Notes under the pieces: generated by a model
Seen by the model: only the letters and a program-made list of their open reading frames with translations
What the model was told of the DNA's origin: nothing
Database searches by the model: none
Assembly: GCF_006345805.1 (NCBI RefSeq)
Contig: NW_021832552.1
Span: 22,262 to 86,261, forward strand
Length of the DNA: 64,000 bases
Origin: Octopus sinensis
Lineage: Eukaryota
Direction: 5' to 3'
Position numbers and translations under genes: made by a program
In this document: positions 10,546-25,303 of the stretch, one piece after another
How the letters are laid out: each line of letters starts with the position of its first letter
Position numbering within the stretch: the first letter of the stretch is position 1

Positions 10546-11917
10546 CTAACCATACTTAGCCCTTTAGTATTCAGGTTATTCTACCAAATGTAAAGCTCAT
10601 TTCTACACACTGTTTTGAATTAGTTATGCATTATCTTATAGCTGTAAGTTTTCCATGATGTAACTCTTTAATTTTAGGAATGATATAGTGGGATAAGCAT
10701 AAGGGGCTAGATTTGGCTGGCTTAACCCTTCCGTTACCAACCCGGCTGAACAGTGTAGGTTGTTGGATTGAAGAGGTTGTAAAAACGTTGGACTGATTAC
10801 CTTGCTGTATTCGTTGCAACTCCTTGAATTCTGTGTTCAAATTCCACCACAGACTACCACTTCGATGGTTGACTAAATTTAACACCACCTCTGGTGGTTT
10901 GGTGGAGTCACCTCTGCTGCAAACCTTTGGGTATCTGGTTTCAGGAGAGCGTCATGGGTAGAGCTTTCTCTCCTGTTTATTTTTTATCTTTAAATAGAAA
11001 AATCAGTAAAAGACAGGAACACTAAAGCAGTAGACCTAATTTCCTATAATAATTTGATTTCTTCTCAATGTTCTGGGTTTGTATGAGACCTCGTTTCACC
11101 ATATGCCTCACCAGCAGAGCATCAGATAAATACCTTTGTCCATTAATCTTTCAAGGGATTGATAAAATAAGCACCAGTTAAGTACAGGGTCGCAGTAAGC
11201 AACTCTATACCCTTTCTGGCCTTGTGACACTTGAGAGACTGATACTTTTTTTTATCTTCCAGTTTTTCACACCATACAATAGTATAGAGATAAAGTCTAA
11301 ATACAATTGTGTGCTTTTGTAATATCAAACACTATATCCATATTGTATAACTGGTGGAATTATCTGCTGGTTTTTAATTTCTCTATGCCCCTGCTCTAAG
11401 GATCAATTTATGTACTTTTGTGTGCAAATATTTTTGCAAACCCACATAAACTGTGTTATGAAGATTGCCAACCCATACCATTGAGAAAAATGAACATTAA
11501 TTAATGAGGATATGAGTGTGCACATGCACACACACTCAAACACAACCACTATATATACATATATTGTATGTGTCTTTGTGGTCATTCAGTGTTTCTCTTG
11601 TCACAATGGATTAAAAATAGTTTTCAATTTGCATATATTATAAACATTTCACATTACTAATACAAGTGAATTCAGGCAATATCCTTGATGAAACACGTCA
11701 CCACAATGCTCTTTGTTGAAAAAAAACAGAAATTAAGGCTACTTAATGAAAATTTTGGGAAAAGTATGCATCTCATGATTATCTCTGAAATATAGAACTT
11801 TTGAGTCGAGTGCAAAAAAAAAAGCACGTTATTTTCATTTATAGTTTTTGCACAATTTAGATTCATCAAATTCTCTTTTCAAATCCTACTGGATTCAAAT
11901 TTATTTTATATCAATCA

Positions 11918-12285
11918 CTAGCACTATGACCTGGCAACGCCGGGTCATAGTGCTAGTGCATGCATATACAGCTGCGTACGTGCGCACATACATGCGAGTA
12001 CTGTCCAAATCTCTGACCAATCACATACAGCTAGCAGGCATTCAATTGGCGTATCAAGTTTCGGACATTTTGATTGGGTTTTGGATAGAAAATTCACAAA
12101 AAAGTCACTTCTATTGACTTTTTAATGGCTTTGTGGGGTGACTGGGGAAATGTAAAGATGTGCACAACCATCCTTGGACGGTTTTGAATGACCATAAAAA
12201 GTGCGAGCCCTCTAACTGAAAAATTGTGGATTTGTATAAAGGACAAACACACACAGACAGACATTTTGTTGTTTATATATATAGA
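11918..12285 (-). mobile_element. Non-autonomous Helitron
   Basis: The minus strand begins TCTATATATATAAA and ends with a hairpin plus CTAG. Related termini occur at 25718 and 49585. Confidence 0.7.
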
Positions 12286-13134
12286 GTTTAGTAATCTATT
12301 GCTTGGTTTAACACCAGTTTTTAATCCTAGCAGGGTCCACTCTATTGCAATCATTCAGACTGGGTCTTCAGTTTCAAAATAACTTCATTCCATCAATCCC
12401 AAAAGTCCCCAAAATTATTATGGGTACTGCCCAACCCTGGATTATTAGACATGTGCCAAGAATTAGTTTATTATACACATTTGTGGCTTATTGCTTGCGT
12501 AAGGAATAATCATTTCCTTTCCTATGCAATTTTATTTCAAATTTCTTTCATACATACCAGTAATTATATATGAACCAAATAAGTTGACTGTTTTTATAAA
12601 AATTGACCTTCTCCCCAACAAAGATCATTCAATCTCCCAGAAACAGTAAGCAAATACCTCTCAAATTACTGCCTACTGACTTGAAAAAACATTTGACCAT
12701 GTATTCCTTGTCCTCTCCCATCCAAAATATGTGGATCCAGGTTAAAGTGCTTTTTATCAGAGGTTCCTTTGATCGGGTCTGATCTGGGTTAAACAACAAA
12801 TATTATTTATTATTTCATTTTCTCTTGTGGTCTTTTTTTCTTTCTACAAAGCCTTTTACACTATCCCAGCTGTCATTGATCAAATGAAAGAAAAGCCGGG
12901 TTCAGTTATCATGTGTCATTGGTGGAATTGAAGTGTCTCAAAGTGATTTGGGTGCAGTATAAACGGATTTAAAAATGCTGAATGAGTGTCGTGAGAAATT
13001 TCAAAGAGAGGGGGAAATAACAAGAGACGCCTGTTCTCTTAAAACTTCATAAGGAAAGTGGCCTCTAGCGTAATTGATACAGTTTTCCAGGAAATTTGAA
13101 ATAAAACTACAACAATAATGAAAAATCATTCTCT

Positions 13135-13446
13135 GACCAATGCCTTGTGAGTGGATTTGGTAGACGGAAACTGAAAGAAGCCTGTCGTATATATGTATAT
13201 ATATATATGTATGTATGTGTGTGTTTGTGTGTCTGTGTTTGTCCCCCCTAGCATAGCTTGACAACCGATGCTGGTGTGTTTATGTCCCCGTCACTTAGCG
13301 GTTCGGCAAAAGAGACCGATAGAATAAGTACTGGGTTTACAATGAATAAGTCCCGGGGTCGATTTGCTCGACTAAAGGTGGTGCTCCAGCATGGCCGCAG
13401 TCAAACGACTGAAACAAGTAAAAGAGTAAAAAGAGTAAAAGAGTAA
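13135..13446 (+). mobile_element. SINE family A, 5'-truncated
   Basis: Consensus match. Confidence 0.85.
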
Positions 13447-13654
13447 CTAAAAGTAGTTAAATAAAAGTAGAATGCAGTAAGGAATGAGTTTGACCTTTAG
13501 ATATATGGTGATAAACTTCGGATATATTTCGGTCATACTTTGATCATTTTAGTCCTTAACAGAGAATCAATAATGAAACCATTTGCTACAAGATTTCAGA
13601 TTGACTAGAGAAAACTACCCAAGGATACCTAGATGCATGAAAACTAATTATTAA

Positions 13655-14083
13655 CCCTTTCGATACCAACCTGCCTGAAACCAGCTCTGACTCTGAGTAC
13701 AAATGTCTTGGTTTCATAAGTTTTGAATTAATATCTTCCACCAAACCTTAGTCACAATTTATGTTCCTAACACTAGCTGAATGATAACTAAGTTATTTTG
13801 CTAAATTCCATGTTAGCGCGCCGGGCGAAATGCTTAGCGGTATTTTGTCTGTCGTTACGTTCTAAGTTCAAATTCCGCCGAGGTCAGCTTTGCCTTTCAT
13901 CCTTTCGGGGTCGGTAAATAAAGTACCAGTTTCGCACTGGAGTCGATGCAATCGAATTAATCCCTTTGTCTGTTCTCGTTTGTTCCCTCTGTGTTTAGCC
14001 CCTTGTGGGCAATAAAGATATATATATTTAAAGTAATTGAAAGAACCACAGAGCATCTCAAAATAAATACAGTAACGAAAGGG
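13655..14083 (+). mobile_element. piggyBac-type MITE interrupted by a family B SINE (about 13811-14020)
   Basis: TTAA-CCCTTTC...GAAAGGG-TTAA; the MITE halves are collinear with 9766-9996 on either side of the SINE. Confidence 0.85.
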
Positions 14084-14501
14084 TTAATGCTTGGGCAAAT
14101 CGAAAATTGTCGTGAGTTGTTACTTTACTGATAAAGTGCATGTGTGTAACCGCAGCACTTCCCAGAAGTAGGAGCAGCATTCTATACCACCCGAGCTCTG
14201 TTGAGGGATCAGAAGTTGTTTGAAAGCTGAAGTATTCGATGGACCTGAAGAAGAAAGTCCCTATTTGTGAAGTAGCTGTTGCTGTGCTGAGGATGTACAT
14301 TTGCAAAGAGAGATCTGAGACCTTGAGTGGGCTGTTAGGCTCAACATTTGTAGCCACCAGGGGATTCTGGTTGTGTGTTCTTATATTCATTGCTTTCTTC
14401 ATACGTGTGGTGATTGAGTGAAGGAAACAAGACTGGCATTGAATTCAGCATTCATTTCTAAAAATTAGGATTTTAGGGACAGTAGCAATGTACATGGTTA
14501 A

Positions 14502-14723
14502 CCCTTTTGTTACCAACCCGGCTGAAACCGGCTCTGGCTTTGTAGTACAGATGTCTTGTTTTTCTAAGTTTTGAATTAAAATCTTCCATCAAACCTTAGT
14601 CACAATTTATGTTCCTAACACTAACTGAATGATAACTAAGTTATTTTACTAAATTCTTTGTTATATTCAAAGTAATTAAAAAGAAACTCAGAGCATCTCA
14701 AAATAAATACAGTAACGAAAGGG
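14502..14723 (+). mobile_element. piggyBac-type MITE
   Basis: TTAA TSD and the same body as 9766-9996. Confidence 0.85.
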
Positions 14724-14897
14724 TTAAATCTCTTGCTTATAAAACTCTACAAATGCTTTACAATGCATCAACATCAAAACGGTTAGGTGTACATAATGAA
14801 ATGAGGTAATCTTATTTTGGGATGTGTATGTGTGTTTGTGTTTATGCCTGCATGGTCATTTGTTAATCATATTAACTCGCATTGTCAAATTACTATC

Positions 14898-15180
14898 CTC
14901 ATCATCATCATTTAATGTCTGCTTTCCATGCTAGCATGGATTGGACAATTTGACTGAGGTCTGGCAAACCAGACTCCAATCTGATCTGGCAGAGTTTCTA
15001 CAGCTGGATGCCCTTCCTAACGCCAACCACTCCGAGAGTGTAGTGGTTGCTTTTACATGCTGCCGGCACTAGGGCCAGTTAGGTGATTCTGGCAACGGCC
15101 ATGCTCAAATTGTGCTTTTTATGTGCCACCTGCACAGGAGCCAGTCCAGCGGCACTGGCAACGATCTCGCTCGAGTGTAT
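14898..15180 (-). mobile_element. Family C element
   Basis: (CAT)n tail and GGATGCCCTTCCTAACGCCAACC. Confidence 0.8.
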
Positions 15181-15356
15181 TTTCTATGTATTTTTTTAAT
15201 TTTTGATATAATTCATCAAGCATGATACAACACTGGCTTATGCGTAGGTGTGTGAGTGTGTGTGCATGCGTGCGTGCATGTGTGTGTGTGTGTGTGCCTG
15301 TATATGTATGTATATTCAACCAATGATAATATTGAGTGTGCCTTTTTTCTGACTTG

Positions 15357-15811
<455 letters not shown>

Positions 15812-15833
15812 CCAACAAATAATATATACATAC

Positions 15834-15885
<52 letters not shown>

Positions 15886-16200
15886 TGCGTGTGTGTGTGT
15901 GTGTGTGTGTGCGTGCGTGCGCGTGCGTGTGCGCGCACTGTCTCCGACTGTACATATGTGTTAGTGATAAGTAGAATGATAGCAAATGTGTATTATGAGA
16001 AAGAGTGAGGAGAGAAGGAAAAAGAAAGAGAGAGAGAAGGGGCGAATGTGAATGAGAAATGTGATAGAACCATCTATTGAAAAAGAGCCAGATTTTCCAA
16101 CTGTATTAAGGTAATTTCTAAAAAGAAGTTCAAACCAAAGTTTATTCATAGTAAATGTAACAAGTGTTGTCTGGTACCATTTGGTATGAAAATATAGCAG

Positions 16201-16617
16201 GGATCTTTTCGGTTTGACTGGCAGTTTTTAAAAATAATTTCCACGTAACTAAACATTTTTAAACTTCGTATACTGGTAGAATGCGTTTATAAAACATCTT
16301 TTTCTCTTGGCTTTATTGAGAAAATTCTAGTTTGTAAGATATTTGTTGTTGTTTTTTCTTCAATTTCTGCAATTTCAACCAATCAATGACGTCTATTGAG
16401 GTAAAAAAACATTCTGTGCCGTATGAATATGTCCCTCGTTTAAGAAACAGATTGGGTTTATTTATATTTGTAAAGAAAAAACGATACCCTTCCCCCACCC
16501 CTAACCCTAACTCTAAAACAGATTGAAATGCAATAGATCGATACTAGGGTCATAATTATGGGTGACAATTTCATATGACACCGCTAGAAAAAACTGCCGT
16601 TCAAACTGAAAAGATCC
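16201..16617 (-). mobile_element. Merlin-like MITE (second copy, inverted) with CCCTAA repeats
   Basis: Same TIRs; TSD TATAGCAG/TATAACAG (8 bp, one mismatch). Confidence 0.85.
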
Positions 16618-17477
16618 TATAACAGAAGTAGGTTTTTGGAGTTAGCCCACAATTTATTACGGCCACCACGAGGTATTGTTGAGAATGAATGTGGAAACGA
16701 CACCGCAAAGGCAGTGTTGCACTTACAGTTATTATATTACAAACAATTAGTAATTGCTTTGACTACAACAACTTCCTATCTACCCGACAAATCTCGGTTC
16801 GATTTCGCAGAGAGATTTCTATTTGTGAGCATTTACCAGTGTGTGAACATTTATCGACATATACTTACGTATATACATACAGATCTATATTACACGTATC
16901 TCCGTACAATGATTTATAATCGTATACAATCAATCGTCTTCAAACATCCAGTTATATTAACTCTAGTACTGGCTGGCTGGTATCTATTTCATCAACTCCG
17001 GAAAGCTGCAAAAAACAAAGTCAACTGCATTATAATACAAAAGGAGACAGAGACTCGGCTGAATCTGTTCTGCCCATTCCCATCCACAAAAATCGCCTCT
17101 ATGCGATTGCTTACCCTACAAGAAACACTAGGCATATCTATCTTAAATCACACATCTGCTGAGCAATAACAGGAAAAAACACGTAGAAAACTGGAGTGCC
17201 CTCTATACAAAAAAAAAACTGGTTCTGCTCGCAACCGGAACTTCTTTGTTCGTAACCTTTCTAGGTCAAGGCATGTATATACAGATATGTATATACAGTA
17301 AGAGAAAAAGAGATAGTGGGGAGCGACAGACAGACAGGCGGAAATAAATAAATAAAGAAAGAAAGAAAGAAAGAAAGAAGAAAGAAAGAAAGAAAGAAAG
17401 AAAGTAAGAAAGAGATATGGAGGATAAAGTTGAGGAGAGAAAGTGTATATAGATTAAGATATATGATTGAAAGTGTG

Positions 17478-17888
17478 AGTGTCATCCACTTATATTTGGA
17501 CATATATATAAGAGAAATATTGTGTATTTTCCCTTTCTGCATGATACGAAGTGTCCACTGCAAGTACTGTTTCTGACAGAGGGGTCTTTAATCTGTTGTT
17601 TGTGTACACGAACTCTGTCATGTAGTCCTGTTCCGGTTTCGCCAATATAGTACTCTTTACAGTGTGGGCAAATTGCACAGTAAATTAAGCTTTTCGCCTT
17701 GCAATCCATGTATGTATTGACCTTGAAAATCTCATTGTTTTTAAAGTGGATTTGTTCACCATGTACAATGTATTCACAGGTTCTGCATCAAGGATCCCCG
17801 CATTTTTTAACATTCATTGTTTCAATGTTAAATGTAAATTTCGCCTTGGTGAGTAGTTTTTTTTTAAGCTTGGTACTTGGCGTCTGCT
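17478..17888 (-). mobile_element. Penelope-like element fragment (GIY-YIG endonuclease)
   Basis: MDCKAKSLIYCAICPHCKEYYIGETGTGLHDRVRVHKQQIK: GIY-YIG with CxxC and R..H motifs. Confidence 0.85.
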
Positions 17889-18094
17889 ATATATATGTAT
17901 ATATCTATGTATAACTCCAAGAAAGTTGCAGTTTGTGAATCCAACATACTAAGGTATAATATCTATCCAATATACTACTGGTAGAATACCCAATTATTAA
18001 TACACAAGTGTTTTTTATTGCATTGCAATTTCGTTACCTAGTGTACTAAATGGGTGGGTGAAGGTAAAGAGATATTTTACCATTAATTTATATT

Positions 18095-18492
18095 GCAATA
18101 AGAAAATGGAGGGTATCAATAGGTGGTTCATCAACTTTTAGACATTATATTATGTTAACTTATTTATTTATTTACTAAACTGATAATTACAATAATATAC
18201 ATACATGTATAACATATTCTTTACATATAAGATATAAAATATAGTAATATATAAGGATACCAGTAATTATTATAAAAAAACATGTTTTCCCAATTTATAT
18301 TCACGTTTTTTTATAATAATTACTGGTATCCTTGTATATTGCTATATTCTATATCTTATATGTAAAGACTAATATGTTATATGTATGTATATTCTTGTAA
18401 TTGTCATTTTAGTAAATAAATAAATAAGTTGACATAATATAATGTCTAAAAGTTGATGAACCACCTATTGATACCCTCCATTTTCTTATTGC
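18095..18492. repeat. Inverted repeat with ~190-bp arms and a 17-bp spacer
   Basis: 18095-18284 is the approximate reverse complement of 18302-18492. Confidence 0.85.
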
Positions 18493-18500
18493 TATATATA

Positions 18501-18731
<231 letters not shown>

Positions 18732-18810
18732 TGTAGGATAAAATTTTTTTCGAAAAAAATTTGTCAATGGCCAGCATATTAAAAAATACCTTTAAAGGTT
18801 AAAATTATAA

Positions 18811-19123
18811 ACAACTTATAAATAAGGGCAAACGAAAAGATTTCTAATGCCAAATATGCCGAAAATTGGACATATTGTCCATTACCATATAATTTTTCAC
18901 AATACGCACGCTACTCGAAAAAAATCAGACAGAAATTTCTAAAAAATTCCATTATTACCATATCGGACCGATTCCAGGGTTAGTTCATGAGAACCCTCCC
19001 CTTGTCGGCTTTTTTTCGAGTAGCGTGCGTATTGTGAAAAATTATATGGTAATGGACAATATGTCCAATTTTCGGCATATTTGGCATTAGAAATTTTTTC
19101 GTCTGCCCTTATTTATAAGTTGT
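18811..19123. repeat. Inverted repeat with ~114-bp arms, inside (TA)n
   Basis: 18811-18924 is reverse-complementary to 19010-19123. Confidence 0.85.
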
Positions 19124-19672
19124 ATATATATATATATATATATATATGTACCCATAGCCAACTAACCAACGTGACTTGTTAACTACTGTGTAATTGTATC
19201 ATACCACACCATACGGTGTTCTGCTGTATCCAAGTTATCTGGAGCTTGTTCTGTAAGGGCATTTGCTGAGATAAAGCTGATCTTCTCAGCAATGCACCAA
19301 CTGTAATTGCAGGATAAACCAAAAGAAATACAGAAATAAAATAAAGAAACTTGGTAGTTTCTTTTATGTTGTTTCGTTTTATGCATAGTTCTGTTCCAAT
19401 AAACTTGTCTTGCTATTTCTATTGGCTTTGGAATCGGGAGGAAAGTATAGCCTGCGAATAAGCACGTAGCACACACGTACACACACACACACACACACAC
19501 ACCACACACACTCACACACATATACACACTCATACACACACGAACGTAAATACATACATACATACATACATACATACATACATACATACATACATACATA
19601 CATGCATGCATATATATAGGTTTAAGATCGACAGGCAGACATACAGACAGACAGGCAGGCAGGCAGACAGAC

Positions 19673-19855
<183 letters not shown>

Positions 19856-19899
19856 CAGATTTAAAAAGAGTGGTAGATAGAGTAAAGTCGAATGACTGT

Positions 19900-21630
19900 A
19901 GGGAGTGGAGTCACCAACATTTCGGACAGAGGCCTTATTCAGAATTGAAATGATTGGGAGATTAAAGGCAGCAGTGTTTTGTTTCCTCTACTTTTGAATG
20001 ATTGGCTGCAACTGATGGGATACCCAAAACAGTGTGAATGTGCTTACGTGGACTGGGAGTGATAGTTGAAAGGAAAGACGTGTGATAGGGAAAAAGGAAA
20101 GGGAAATAAAAAGTGGGACAGAAGATAACAAATGTGAGGTGAAGGGAAAATTTGAGGTTAGAGGGTTGCTGAAGGATAAAACCAGGATTACAATATTAGG
20201 AGGGGATAAATGAGTAGAAGGAAAATGCATTCAAATAAACTCGTCGGTGCCATGGCTCCGAGTTTGAATAGGAAATATTGTTAATTCCGTTTACTCAAAC
20301 GTGCAGATCCAGGATATGTAGAGATACTGCACACCGATGTGTAATGGAAATGGTTCGTTGTGCTAAGTTAGATGGCAACGAGTTATCCTGGAATGCATAG
20401 CAGTGTACAGAGAATGAGTCTGCGGAAGCAATCAGCAAGGCGACTGCTCGTTTCATCAATCCAGAGTGCACCGAAAAGTTTTCAGATGATGCACAATATG
20501 ATGTTCGAAGATGCGTATCAGAGATTTGGGACGATGAGATACAGTGGCTTAGAAACGGTTGATGGTTGTAGTATTGTTGATACTGGGACAAGTTTAATTT
20601 AATTTAATTTGATTTAATTTAATTTTTATTGGCTCAAAAAGCAGAAGCAAGGCCATGTAGGGGGACAGGGAGTTATGTACAGGGAGGATGGTCATACAAA
20701 GAGTTCAGGCCATTTGTGGTCAAGAGAGACTTTGAACTATCTCGTCCGGCAGCTTATTCCACGGATCCGCAACCCGGACGGAGAAAGCCCCTCTCCTTCG
20801 ACTGAGATTAAATCGCCATAGATAGAGCTTTTCGTAATGACCCCGTAGCCGACGCTCTGGAGCAGAAGTGAAGAACAGCTCTTTCGAGAGGTTACACTTT
20901 CCGCTTATGATGTTGTGAGCGAGAATGAGATCACCACGGCGGCGGCGTTTTTCTAGAGAATAAAGGTCGAGCGTTTTCAGCCTTTCTTCATAAGACAAAT
21001 GCTTGAGATCAAGAACCATGCGGGTAGCCAGCTTCTGGACTCTTTCGAGATGATGTATGTCTTTGAGGAGATAAAGAGAAGAGGCTTGAATCCCGTACTC
21101 CAATATGGTCTCATAAGTGTTGAAGTGTTGCATCGTCGGCGAATGCATTTACAAGTATCTTGCTGTGTATAGCTGGGTACGAGCGAGCTTCTTACTCGTG
21201 GGTTACCGTGGTTCCTTTCTTGTTTTGTGGGTGAAGAGAGTAAGGGCGGAAAATAGCAGAATGGTTGATGGATCAGAAATTAGAATTTGGATGTTAAAGA
21301 TGAGTGTGTTTCTATGGGAGGGTGGACGAGAGTTGAAAAAAGAGGGAGAGTAGAATTCGGCTAAAAGGTTATTGGAAATGGTAGAAGAGCAGTGATGTAG
21401 TCGATGGCTTGGTCACAGCGGAGTGCAGAGTTCACAAACGGTTGAGGATACCCTCAGGAAGAATTGTCACATTCTATCACATTGTTTCGAAATCTGAATC
21501 GATGCTGGAAAGCAGCGAAGCCAAGGGAATTGAGAGAATGGTACGGCAGATTTGGTATGGGTGGGACGAGTGAAAGAATAGTTTAGATAGAATTGGGTGT
21601 TAGAAGGCTTGTAAGGGACAAAATTGGACA
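19900..21630 (-). mobile_element. Decayed Penelope-like element (RT thumb, linker, GIY-YIG), split by a CR1 insertion
   Basis: YKPSNTQFYLNYS..PTHTKSAVPFSQF (PLE thumb), the linker C.RRRCNT|CPSI interrupted at 20594-21112, and a C-terminal YFLFKLGAMAP-like motif. Confidence 0.7.
20594..21112 (-). mobile_element. CR1-clade LINE 3' fragment with (AAATT)n tail
   Basis: LERVQKLATRMV..LSYEERLKTLDLYSLEKRRRRGDLI..LRGH..FSVRVADPWNKLP is a typical CR1 ORF2 C-terminus. Confidence 0.88.
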
Positions 21631-22471
21631 GGCAGATATTACCCTTTTCGCCCCACATATTTATACTCTCTGTTTTCCCACACTTTCAGTCATCCTGTCT
21701 ATTCTCACACCAGATCATAATGGCTTTGAAAAGGAAGGAAACTCTTTAATCTCGCAGGAGACAAAGAAACTGTTCTATTGTTAGTGCCATGATAAAATAA
21801 ACCTCGTGTACTCTACAAAGTGATTGACGCTCAAACGGACACAACATAGGGTACAGCGGACTCTTTAGGTGCACCAACAGCATGGCAACCCTTCTAGTTT
21901 TACTGAGTACCTTGATAAGATGTACCAAGCAAAACTCTGTAAGAATGTTTTCCATACTCAAATTTTTGATGAATATTATGCTAGCGTGAATTATGATTTG
22001 TTGATAGCGTTTTTGAAGGTCCGCCATTGATGGCAAGTTAAAATTGTCCGTTTGCTTAAGCAATCACCAGCGAAACTTTACTCTCATAAAGAGAACAAAA
22101 TTTATTACGTATAAAAGTTGATTCTGACTTCAACTTAACTGTTCTCGAACGCAAGCAAACGTGCGTCTAAAAAAATATCTATCGATAATTTTGTAGGTAA
22201 AGGATAATAAGCGAGATGAAGAACTATAGAATACTGAATCAAACAAGTAACCAAACACCCAATCAAAAGAACATTTAGTTTAGTCGGCTGGCAGAGCGCA
22301 TGAAAAGCTGGGCAGGAGCCAAAATTGCAAGAAGTAGTTGGTAAGCAGTATAGCAATAGCCGCAATGTGTTTCCAGATTTAGACGGCTCAAAGCTATGTA
22401 TACATGTATGCAACAGAAAGCGAACTGAGGAAAGTACATACATACATACATACATACACACACACACACCA

Positions 22472-22584
<113 letters not shown>

Positions 22585-23084
22585 TATATATATATATACA
22601 TATATATATCTATTATATATATATATAGATATAATATATATATATATGTATAATATGTATATATATATGTATATATGTATATATATGTATATATATGTAT
22701 ATATATATTTATGTTGTATGTATTCATGCATGTATTTATGTGTGCATGTATGTAAAAATAAACTATATATATGTCTGTATATACGCATATACATACATAG
22801 GCGCACACACATACACACACACACACATATACATATATATAATATATATATATATATAGGCGTGTGTGGGGGGGAGGGTACGTGCACGTGAAAATATCTA
22901 TGTGTGTGTTTGAGAGTTCGCCAATATTATCAAATAGGAAAAAAGCCATGAAGTTTCGATCATGCGATGCAGGGGTTGCTTCCTGTGGGGGGGGGGGCGC
23001 AGTGTAAAAGGATTTTGCATAGATTTTGCGTAGAAATGTTGTTCTTGCTGTTGCTGTTGCTATTGCTGTTAACATTAAAGTTAT

Positions 23085-23735
23085 TGTGGTGGTGGTGGTG
23101 GTGGTGGTGGCGACGGCAGTGGCTGCGGCGGTGGCGGCGGTGGCGGCGGTGGCGGCGGTAGTGGTGGTGGTGGTGGTGGGGTTTGGTGGTGGTGGTGGTG
23201 GTGGTGGTGGTGGTGGGTTTGGTGGTGGTGGTGGTGATGGTAGTGGTGGTGTTGATGGTGGTGGTGGTGGTGGTGGTGGTGGTGGTGGTGGTGGTGGTGT
23301 TTGTGGGCGGTAGTGGTGGTGGTGGTGATGGTAGTGGTGGGTGGTGTAATGGTAGTGGTGGTGGTGCTGGTAGTGGTGGTGGGGGTGGTGGTGGTGTTTG
23401 TGGGCGGTAGTGGTGGTAGTGGTGGTAGTGGTGGTGGTGATGGTAGTGGTGTGGTGATGGTAGTGGTGGTGGTGATGGTAGTGGGTGGTGGGTGGTGGTA
23501 GTGGTGGTGGTGGTGGTGGTGGTGGTGGCGTGGGCGGTAGTGCAGTGGTAGTGATGGTAGTGGTGGTGATGGTGGTGGTGGTGGCTGGCGGTGGTGGTGG
23601 TGGCGGTGGGGGTGGTGGTGGTGGTTGTTGGTGATGTTGGTGGTGGTGGTGTGGTGGCGGTGTGGCGGGTGGGCGGTAGGTAGTGGTGGTAGTTGGTATG
23701 GTGATGGTAGTGGTGGTGGTGGTGGTGGTGGTCAT
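23085..23735. repeat. Degenerate (GGT)n trinucleotide array
   Basis: Visible in the sequence; it generates the spurious Pro/Thr/His and Gly/Val ORFs. Confidence 0.95.
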
Positions 23736-23995
23736 CGTCGTCGTGGTGTTAATATTGGTACTTCCTCCATCCCTCTTTCAGTCTTTGGTAATTGTTGACC
23801 GAGGAATGCTGGGCATCTGCTGGATGGCTATAGACCGTCCATACAGAGATACACACACATATATATATATACACATACTTATAGATTATATAGACACGAA
23901 GAAGTCTATACTCATACATACGCACTGACACATACAAAACTACACAGACACACGGCTACATTTAATGTGTTTGTATGAGCATGTCTAGATGTACG

Positions 23996-24113
23996 TGGGT
24001 CGGGGTTCAGTCCCACTGTGTAGCACGTTGGGGCAAGTGTCTTCTCCTAAAGCCGCGGACCGACCCAAGCTCTGTGAGTGGATTTGGTAGGCGGAAACTG
24101 AAAGAAGCCCGTC

Positions 24114-24155
<42 letters not shown>

Positions 24156-24385
24156 CTGTCTGTGTGTGCGTGTGTGTTTCTGTGTCTGTATTTGTCCCTC
24201 ACCACCGCTTGGCAACCAGTGCTGGTATGTTTACGTCCCCGAAACTTAGCAGCTCGGCAAAAGTGAGCGATACAATAAGCACTGGGCTTTAAAATAAAGT
24301 ACTGGTGCTGACACACTCGACTAAAAATTCTTCGAGGTGGTGCCCCAGCATGACCGCAGTCTAATGACTGAAACAAGTAAAAAGA
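23996..24385 (+). mobile_element. SINE family A, diverged
   Basis: Consensus match. Confidence 0.8.
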
Positions 24386-24416
<31 letters not shown>

Positions 24417-24969
24417 CATATGGGGTGGGGGTTGTCTACTTCTTATTCAGAGTTTCACCACCTCCTGTACCTACACCTTAAATCCATCATGGCATCTGAT
24501 GTGGCTTTTTAAACCAGACAATGTATTGAAAAGACACCCACATAGATTGCATATCTGATTTGGACCACCGAAAGCTGCAGTTAAGTTCTGATCTTTGTGG
24601 ATCTTAAAATGTCTTTTGAGGCTTCCGTGCACAGACATATAGGCAGAATGATTGGTGGAGATTTATTTTTCATGGACATCTGTTCACTATTTTCCACTCG
24701 TTCTGGTTTAACTACCCTCCATGTTTGTTTTCGTTCGGTTGTCTTGTTTTTGTTCCCAACTTTGACTTTCCACAAACCCTAAATTTTATTTTAGAATTTA
24801 TGGGAACAACTGTCTTTGAAGACTCATATTGTCCGTGAATGCTCGAAATGAGGAGTAGATAGACAGCCGACAATTGATGAAGGGTCCTTTCTCTGTTTAC
24901 TTGTCCTGTTTTCTATTTGTTTTCTCTCATTGTTTACATATTTAACTCGTCCTGTACTCATATTTGCAT

Positions 24970-25000
<31 letters not shown>

Positions 25001-25243
25001 TATATAATATATATATATATATACGTATGTGTGTGCATGTATGTATGTATGTATGTATGTATGTATGTATGTATATATATATGTATAAAATTTGTTATAT
25101 ATGTATGCATGTCTATATCTCTCTATATATAGCTAGATAAATTGGTATACATACATCTATATGTATATATATGTAACATATATATGTAAAGATATACACA
25201 TGTATCAATGTTATAATATATATATATATATTATATATATTAT

Positions 25244-25303
<60 letters not shown>

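Noticed and set aside
14058-14421. 114-aa and 60-aa ORFs in unique-looking sequence
   Set aside because: No recognisable motif or convincing splice sites.
16636-17169. 177-aa ORF
   Set aside because: No ATG start and no recognisable domain.
21746-22063. 105-aa ORF with a faint MULE-like CxxH motif
   Set aside because: The similarity is too weak to support a call.
24810-24862. Degenerate hammerhead-like motifs (also about 19915-19945, 30595-30632 and 34295-34340 on the minus strand)
   Set aside because: The core or stems are broken; at best these are relics of PLE pLTRs.
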